Of a stretch of 64,000 nucleotides of DNA, positions 55,706-64,000 are shown one piece after another. Every line of letters starts with the position of its first letter. Position 1 is the first letter of the stretch. Source of the DNA: Eledone cirrhosa (taxonomy: Eukaryota); the NCBI GenBank assembly GCA_964016885.1, contig OZ024745.1, positions 87,420,001-87,484,000 of the forward strand, in the 5' to 3' direction. Position numbers and translations under genes: made by a program. Under the pieces are notes generated by a model. The model worked only from the letters and a program-made list of their open reading frames with translations, ran no database searches and was not told where the DNA came from.

Positions 55706-57318
55706 CGAAGGAAATGTGGTAAGGAACCAGGTGGACCATAACGCACCAAAGTACTCAATACTTGAGGTAGTAGAGTGGGTAATAGGAACCAGTAAGACCC
55801 CGACAGCTGAGCTCAAGCCGTTTCGACGGCTAATTCTGGACTAAATGAAAATTTATCCTGGTATTTAAATAGCCGATCTTCTCAAGGGGTAATTCCATAT
55901 ATGGTCAAAGTGATTGTCAAAAATCAGTAGTAATTCTGTGGTTGCAAATTAGTAGGGGAGATGGTGGCTAAACCTGCCAGTAGGAGAAAGAGGGGAGGGG
56001 GTGGAGTAGACCCAATCAAGCGTTGGTAGTGCCAGCTACAGCTGGGCATGAGGTCAAAGAAGATACAGGGGAGGGGGAGGGGGAGGAAGTCGGAACGGTA
56101 GGTAGAACAATGGGGGGTAGAAATATATAGGAAAGAAAAAAAAATACTGAGAGTGAAGAAAAGCAAATAAGTGTAAAGAAAAAAGTAAAGTAAATTCTAC
56201 GACCTAGGTCTCTAGCTATTGTTAGGCTAGAATAAATAAATAAATAAAGAAAGAAAGAAGTAAAGAAGGAAATAAAGAAATAACGAAATAAGTAAAAGAA
56301 CTAGGTGGGACGGAATAGGCAAGGACCCTTTTAAGAGGTATAAGTACGTAAATGATACGGTGACGGGTCAACAAAAGGGGCCAAAATACTAAAGAGACTA
56401 CCACGAAATAAACAATAAAGGTTTCCATCCCGGGCACAATGCCAGCAACCACCCAGTGCAGCAAAGTGAACTAGTACGAGATAATAATTCTGAGTCCCGA
56501 GAAAAATATATACTAATGCTAACTCTAAAAGATCTAAAACAAGCTACATGAAAGTTCGAACGAAGTAGAGGTAGAATACGGAAAAATAAATTCAGAATCC
56601 ACCCCGCCCAAAAGAAAAGCGAAGAAAGAAATACTGAAACGAAAAAATAAGGCATAAGTGCCACTAAGAAATATAGAGGGCACAGAGAATAGTGGGAGCG
56701 GTCGGAAAAAGGGGGATACTTGTCCCCTTTTTCCGACCGCTCCCACTATTCTCTGTGCCCTCTATATTTCTTAGTGGCTCTTATGCCTTATTTTTTCGTT
56801 TCAGTTCTTTTACTTATTTCGTTATTTCTTTATTTCCTTCTTTACTTCTTTCTTTCTTTCTTTATTTATTTATTCTAGCCTAACAATAGCTAGAGACCTA
56901 GGTCGTAGAATTTACTTTACTTTTTTCTTTACACTTATTTGCTTTTCTTCACTCTCAGTATTTTTTTTCTTTCCTATATATTTCTACCCCCCCCCATTGT
57001 TCTACCTACCGTTCCGACTTCCTCCCCCTCCCCCTCCCCTGTATCTTCTTTGACCTCATGCCCAGCTGTAGCTGGCACTACCAACGCTTGATTGGGTCTA
57101 CTCCACCCCCTCCCCTCTTTCTCCTACTGGCAGGTTTAGCCACCATCTCCCCTACTAATTTGCAACCACAGAATTACTACTGATTTTTGACAATCACTTT
57201 GACCATATATGACCCCTTGAGAAGATCGGCTATTTAAATACCAGGATAAATTTTCATTTAGTCCAGAATTAGCCGTCGAAACGGCTTGAGCTCAGCTGTC
57301 GGGGTCTTACTGGTTCCT
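55704..57318. mobile_element. Foldback PLE-terminus-like unit with long inverted arms
   Basis: 55785-56300 is inverted at ~56805-57318, and 56636-56714 at ~56724-56803. A SINE-tail-like piece lies at ~56415-56462. Confidence 0.8.
57211..57306 (+). ncRNA. Type I hammerhead with a U3-A8 compensatory core (mirror copy ~55795-55890)
   Basis: gacccc TTGAGAA gatcggcta...tagccgtc GAAA cggc-ttgagctca-gctg TC ggggtc. Confidence 0.75.
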
Positions 57319-57824
57319 ATATATATATATATATGGGGGGGGGAGGGTATGTGAGCGTGTTAATTGAAAGGGTGTAAAGCGACGAGTGTATATGAATTTT
57401 CATAAAACTATTGGAATCTCTGTGCGGTGTACCTGTGAACAGGTTAAAATATAACAACATATTGAGCGGAGAATGGAGGGAGGGAGAGAATGTAAGAAAC
57501 AGTCTAATGCATGAGACGATAAATGAGAGGGGCACAGAGAGAGAGAAAGAGAGAAAAGAGAGAGAGCGAGAGAGAGGGAGAGAGAGGAGGAGAAGAGTGG
57601 AGAAAAGCGGGAATGAAATCGATGGAGCAAATTATGTGTGGTACTTTGTAAACAGAAGCCCGTCCTGACAGAATGGTCGTCAAGCGAATATATATATATA
57701 TATATATATATAAAGAATTAGTATATCTACCAACACATGTATACAGATGCATACCTATGCTAGCAAATATATAGGTTTTGTCTTAATAACTTTGTTGTTC
57801 AATGCAAGGGGATGCAAAACAATA

Positions 57825-58334
57825 ATATGAAAGACGTAAAATAAGAAAATTATAAAAATTAACTTACTAAAATTTCACTCCAACTAATTAGTTTCAGAAT
57901 GGGAGTAAACATGGTTTCCGAATTCTTTATAATTCTCTCGAAATTATTTTGTTGAGCAAAAATTTGCCAAAACTGCTACTATAGTTCATAGTAATGGTTC
58001 GGCTGCTGTCTTCTTAACACACCACTCCTCACTGATTAACCTCGATGTCACGTGATTGATTCTTTTGAATTTGCCACCGACCAAGTAGGCAGTGATTTTT
58101 TCAGTGTCTTGGAACTTAGTCCACGCTTTGCTTTTTTCCATCCACTGAATTATTTTTGTATAAGATCCCTGTGTCCACGCCTTGCCTGGGAACTTAACCG
58201 AGAATAGACTTCCCTGATGACGAAAGGATTTCTCCGTGCGGTCATTCGGAAAGCATGTTTATTCCCTTTCAGAAACTAATTAGTTGGAGTGAAATTTTAG
58301 TAAGTTAATTTTTATAATGTTCTTATTTTACGTC

Positions 58335-58342
<8 letters not shown>
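57825..58342. repeat. Inverted repeat with ~95-bp arms
   Basis: 57825-57922 is inverted at ~58244-58342. Confidence 0.8.
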
Positions 58343-58417
<75 letters not shown>

Positions 58418-58607
58418 AAAATGGAACGGGAACAAAACAGAGAGGCAGTACGAACAAAAGTTTATTAGTTTCACGCTCTTGAGAGTGGGGGGGATGCTTA
58501 AAGCGTCAGTATGCGGTAGGCCGTATGAGCACTCAATGCCCTCGTAGAGCAGAGTATGATATCACAGAAAAAAAGAGAATCAGTGTTGCGATGAAAGGAA
58601 TTTATTG

Positions 58608-58703
58608 GACATATTACAAATGTTTCTCGGACGACCAGCTCGAGGCACGATCGATATGGTGATCACACCTGACTCTGAAATCAACACGGTCGTCAGATAC
58701 GTC
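58608..58703 (-). ncRNA. Type I hammerhead-like motif
   Basis: Minus strand: gacgtat CTGACGA ccg...ccga GAAA catttg TA atatgtc. The base of stem II is imperfect. Confidence 0.55.
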
Positions 58704-59349
58704 TCGATTCTACGAAGCAGATTTTCCTATAGTCCTTTAACATCGAATTTCTTCGTTTATTGATTTAGATCGTGTTGTATGAGTAGTCAAGAACTGTACA
58801 CGTCATCGGTATTTCTAGCCACTCCTGGTTGCCCACTTCTTGCTTCCTCTCGTTCCCCACCTGTCAATCAAAATTTCTTCATGTATCAGAATTACTACTA
58901 TGGTGTGAGAGGGGCTGTAATCTTGAACGGCTGGCATCCCTTCGACGACCTCATTGCCCCTAGGTGCCTTATTCTACATCGGTCAGGTACACACCAGCAA
59001 TTATGCTGTATGCGGCATTCATCATAAATAATGTTTTGCGGGAATTTAAAAAAACAAGAACAATCATGGGGATATTTAGCGTAACATTTGTAGGACACAG
59101 CCTTAGGATACACTCCGCCATACATATTTCGAAAAGAAAAGGAAAAAGGGAAAGAAAGAACCTGTAGCCAGAACGTTTTTAAAAAACATTTAAAAAAAAA
59201 AGCTTTCAACAGCCATTCAAACGGAGGGGCTACATCAAAGGTGTTATCAACAAATAGACCCAATTCTATTCTCACACACTGGACTCAGGGGAGGGTGCGT
59301 AGCCAAGACGCCGCACACTTATATAGGCAGATGGGAAAAGAAAACTCCA

Positions 59350-60124
59350 TGGAAAGTCATCCGTACCCCCACGAATACATGCTCAGACAAATACATCGAC
59401 CCATGCATGCACTCGTGCTCATGCATGTCTGTGTGGGCACGCACACATACCGCGTGCTCAACACCGGATGCATATACTTGAGGAGTTCATCCCCCCCTCG
59501 CCCATCCGTTCCCCCACGTGCCGCTGCGCAGCTGGTGCACACAGTATTGCATGAGACAACGCATTTGAAGCCTTGACCCAACCTGATCACGTGGCGGTGT
59601 GAGTCCGATGGTGTCTGCACAATATGCCTACATGTTACGGCAGCACAATATCCCTGCAATAATCGCATGTAGCCTGTGTGGCCCATATACACCATTCCAT
59701 GTTGCCGATATACACACGCACACAACGCATGCCGCTGGCACATTACATCATACATACACTCCACGTGCATTCCATATATATCATTGTGAAGCACATACCC
59801 TTTATATTCCATGTATACACACAAACCCATGCACATCTCATATATACTTTTATGAAATGGATGTTACACATAACCACAATATATATAACTTGTTTGTGCA
59901 CGCACGCACGCACGGCCCACACCTATCTCATGCAATACTGTGTGCATCATCTGCGCAGCGGCGTGTGGGGGGACGGGTGGTGGGGGATACTCATCAAGTA
60001 TATGCATCCGGTGTTGAGCACGCGGTATGTATGCGTGCCCACACAGATATGCATGAGCACGGGTGTGTGCATGCATGGGTCGATGTATTTGTCTGAGCAT
60101 GTGGGGGTACGGATGACTTTCCAC
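59350..60124. repeat. Inverted repeat with ~200-bp arms
   Basis: 59350-59556 is inverted at ~59925-60124. Confidence 0.85.
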
Positions 60125-60338
60125 ACAGCGCAATACAGAACTATAGACTTCTAGTAATACCTTATAGCCTCCCTAATTCTATCCCACTGGAAGATGTCTA
60201 CAACTATCTTATCAGCCCATAAATCAATCATACCTTCGCTGTTACCTACTACTTCGGACCAAGGATTTATATCTCTCATTAGCACTCACGATCTCTAACA
60301 GACGAGCCTAATTTTAAGTACATTATTTTATTACTCCT

Positions 60339-60487
60339 CATGCTTTCCAGCATAGTTACGTCCCTTTACGATCTGAGTTGAAATCCCGCCGAGGTTGACT
60401 TTGCCTTTCATCCTTACGGGGTCGATAAAATATAAAGTACCAGTAATGCACTGGGAAATTGCTGGCATTGTGCCTAAAGTAGAAACA
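60339..60487 (+). mobile_element. 5'-truncated SINE with a 17-bp TSD
   Basis: TSD ATTATTTTATTACTCCT at 60322-60338 and 60488-60504. Confidence 0.92.
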
Positions 60488-61097
60488 ATTATTTTATTAC
60501 TCCTTGAAATCTCACTTTCCACTTATTATTCTTATTATTCTTATTATTATTATGAACATCTCAATATAGCCCTAATAGTAGTCATCATGTTCTATATACC
60601 TACCATGCACATTTTACTACTTTACTATCTTCTGTTATTTATACACGATTTGTTATTGATGCTGTAAAAACTAAACCCCCACGATTCGAACTAACAATCC
60701 CTACCTTTAGTATAGGCCACTTAAATAACGAATCTACAACTCTATTTAACACCACATAAAAACTATCATCATCACTAAATTAATCAAACGAAAACGTTTA
60801 TCTGTCAAATAATAAACAAATAAAAAGTAAATCTCCAGTTTATTGCTTGAATACCTACAGCGCAGAGGATATCTCATAAATTCTGTCTCCAAGTACATCT
60901 TAGTGGTTACTGTCATCTAGTCGCTACCCTATCACTATATCTAATGTACCCTATAGCAGTTTTCACATGTAAATTCCATACATCTGTATCATATCAGTCT
61001 GTTTAACATGCTAGATTCTCCATTATACTCTATCTCTTACATTGATGTTATTATTTTAATTGAATGCTATCTAGTTATTTTATTTTATTATTGATAT

Positions 61098-61265
61098 CAG
61101 TATCGGTAGAGGGTCTGACATGCTTTCCAGCATAGCCAAGTCCCTTTACAATCTGAGTTCAAATCCCGCCGAGGTTAACTTTGACTTTCATCCTTATGGG
61201 GTCGATAAAATAAAGTACCAGTAATACACTGGGTAATTGCTGGCCTTGTGCCAAAAGTAGAAACA
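61098..61265 (+). mobile_element. SINE with an 11-bp TSD
   Basis: TSD ATTATTGATAT at 61087-61097 and 61266-61276. Confidence 0.92.
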
Positions 61266-61504
61266 ATTATTGATATTATTGTTCAGGTTTAATACCACAC
61301 TTATATAAAATCCATGCCTTATGTATTTTCTTCATTTCACCCGCTCCGATGAAACAGACTGGTTATAAACAAAGTATTGGCGGTCGATTGGCGCAAAATC
61401 AGGCGTATAGCAAACTCTAGACCTGCCAGATCAAATAAACAATTGTCAGCAATGTGAATAAAGCCCTTGTTGTATAGCGAACCATGTCAATCTTCTTTCT
61501 TGTA

Positions 61505-61920
<416 letters not shown>

Positions 61921-62624
61921 CTGGTAACATGTATCCCAGTACAACCTGTCTCATGGTCGGGTCGTTGGCGACAAAACTGGCAACCCCACCAAGGTTTCTT
62001 GGTGAGGAGGGTGACTTTGGACATCCTGCAGGACTAAAAACGAAACCTGTCAAAGGACAAAGGAGCTCTTAAGAGTCAATGGCCATCAAAAATCACCGGG
62101 AGAGATGACCCCTTAGCCTTTGTCAAGGCAGAATTCTAGGAGAAAGAAAACTCTGATATAGCACCTGCAACCCTGATGGAATCCAATGATGTTGACTTGT
62201 TCTTCTTTTTGGTAAATATCATCTTGGTTAAGAGAGTGGGACTGGCTTTGTGCAGTGCCTTTGCTCACTATAAAAGCTTCACGGCACAGGCATTGCTTTA
62301 TATCTGGAGATCTCTCTGCACTTGTCATCACATGGTACCATGGGCCCAGCACTATGTGTCAATAATTGTCACAAGTGTAGTGTTTGCACCAGAGTTTTCA
62401 AGTTGCTGGCTGGACTAAAATGTCACACTCGTTCAGTGCATCGGTAGGGGTTCTTCTACATGGATATAAAGTAGTGGCCGTACTCGAAAACGAGTTGGTA
62501 GCCACCATATATATATATATAAATATATATATAAAAAATATATATAAAAATGAGCGGAGCAAGCAATTATCAAACAATCTTTTAAATAAATTAAAAAACG
62601 ATTTAACTATTCACCTGTTCTATT

Positions 62625-62704
62625 GCTGTTACCGACGGTTTCACTAATCAAAAGATTGGAAATCCAGAGAATTTCCAATGGAAAGAATTAGATCTTCAGA
62701 CAGC
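62625..62704 (-). ncRNA. Type I hammerhead ribozyme
   Basis: Minus strand: gctgt CTGAAGA tctaatt...gattagt GAAA ccgtcgg TA acagc. It lies between short inverted repeats 62550-62575 / 62781-62810. Confidence 0.78.
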
Positions 62705-63779
62705 TATTTCCATACCATAAGGGTGCAAATATCATAGTAAGTCAATATTTCGTTACTGCCCGACGCATGCGGTCAAGCCGTGTTTGATAATTGCTTGCTC
62801 CGCTCATTTTTATAGTTCTGGTATCTCAAATTAGTACCATCGAACCACAACTATTATAAACACCATGCATATTTCTATAGGGTCCTAGTGCTTGTTGGAA
62901 TATCCATACCCTGTTATTATATATATATATATATATATATATCACATATCATGTATCACATTTATAAGATAGGTATTATCTTGTAATTAACATTAAATAA
63001 CAAATTATCTCACTAATTAAGCACAATAAATTAATATGAATTGAATTATTAAAATGGACATCATATGAAAACAGAAAGAATCAAATAAACAACAAAACAG
63101 ACAATATAAACGAGAAAAAAACAAAGTCTGCAATTCTCACGATAATATTAATATCATTAAAGTTTTAAATGATGATGAAAAGAAAAATATTTTAAAAGGT
63201 TTTTCAATTCATTATCTTTTGCATATTTTATATCTTTATATATTTTGAGGAAAATGGCAAATGTCATCCGAACAGAATTCTAATTGAATTGAATCTTTTG
63301 TCTGTGTGTCGTATGCATACCGAGGGGTGTTCAGTAGATCTGCTGGATATTTTTTTGCATGTGACAAAATTTCCATTTTCTTTTCTTTGTAACATACAGA
63401 TCTTGAGATATTTAAACTCCGGGTTGTATATGATTGCGTTTTTATCGACAGTATAACTCGCTATGTCAATCAAAAAGCTCCCTCTACGTGAAATTGAAGA
63501 CATGCTATAAACTATTTACGATAAACATATATAAGAAAAATCGAAAACTGTCTAAAACAAAACAATCCTAGCCAAAGGCGAAAACGACTTTAATAGTGAC
63601 AAAGTTGATATGATATTTCAATTGATTATTTCTAATAGCAAAAGTAATACAAGAGCTGAACATAGAAATATGAATGTTCTTGTTTCTTTTTTTCACATTT
63701 GAGCTGAAAACATTTATATTCTTTAGTAAATTGGATGGCAAATGCTATTGAGCGACGGATAAAAGGACTTAAGATATAT

Positions 63780-63942
63780 GATTGCATGGCTATGTTAAGA
63801 GTTCAAATTTTGCTGAGAATAGCTTTGCCTTTCATTCTAAAGGGGTTGATAAATTTTAAGTACCAATAATGCACTGACATCGATTTAATCGATTTTCTCC
63901 TCCCCCCAAATTGGCGAACTTGTACCTAAATCAGAAACCATT
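63780..63942 (+). mobile_element. Old, diverged SINE
   Basis: gagttcaaattttgctgag..ctttgcctttcat..ggggttgataaa..aagtaccaataatgcactg..cttgtacctaaatcagaaaccatt. Confidence 0.7.
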
Positions 63943-64000
63943 AGTATTTATTTATTGATTCATTTGTGTTATTCAGTTGAACGGATGGCTTCGATCACAC

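Noticed and set aside
58210-58266. CTGATGA-cgaa..ttcg-GAAA hammerhead-like core
   Set aside because: No stem I can be formed; at best a broken remnant.
61925-62500. GC-richer segment that may be a LINE or other repeat fragment
   Set aside because: No recognisable protein motif or second copy in the window, so I cannot classify it.

Overview
This is repeat-dense animal DNA with no host gene I can support. A cephalopod/octopus-like origin is inferred from the tRNA-derived SINE and the microsatellite load. The window has two parts. (1) Positions ~7.85-36.8 kb hold a pile-up of non-LTR retroelements separated mostly by (AAT)n tracts: four long minus-strand Tx1/L1-type elements (here A-D) plus a 3' fragment, three plus-strand R4/Dong-type copies with a restriction-like endonuclease, and two SINEs. 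(2) The flanks are (TA)n-rich and packed with Penelope-like element (PLE) remnants, long inverted repeats and about ten readable hammerhead ribozyme (HHR) motifs. The main observation is a 5' splice-donor motif (GTAAGT/GTAGGT) at the ORF1 end of all four Tx1 copies. Copy B is a chimera of a C-type ORF1 and an A-type ORF2, joined exactly at that donor and at an AG of the A-type sequence. This suggests splicing-mediated ORF1 swapping between tandemly inserted retrotransposons. Other notable points: the SINE target-site duplications (TSDs) start with ATTATT and the SINE tail resembles the Tx1 3' end, and one HHR has a compensatory U3-A8 core. All alignments and folds were done by eye.
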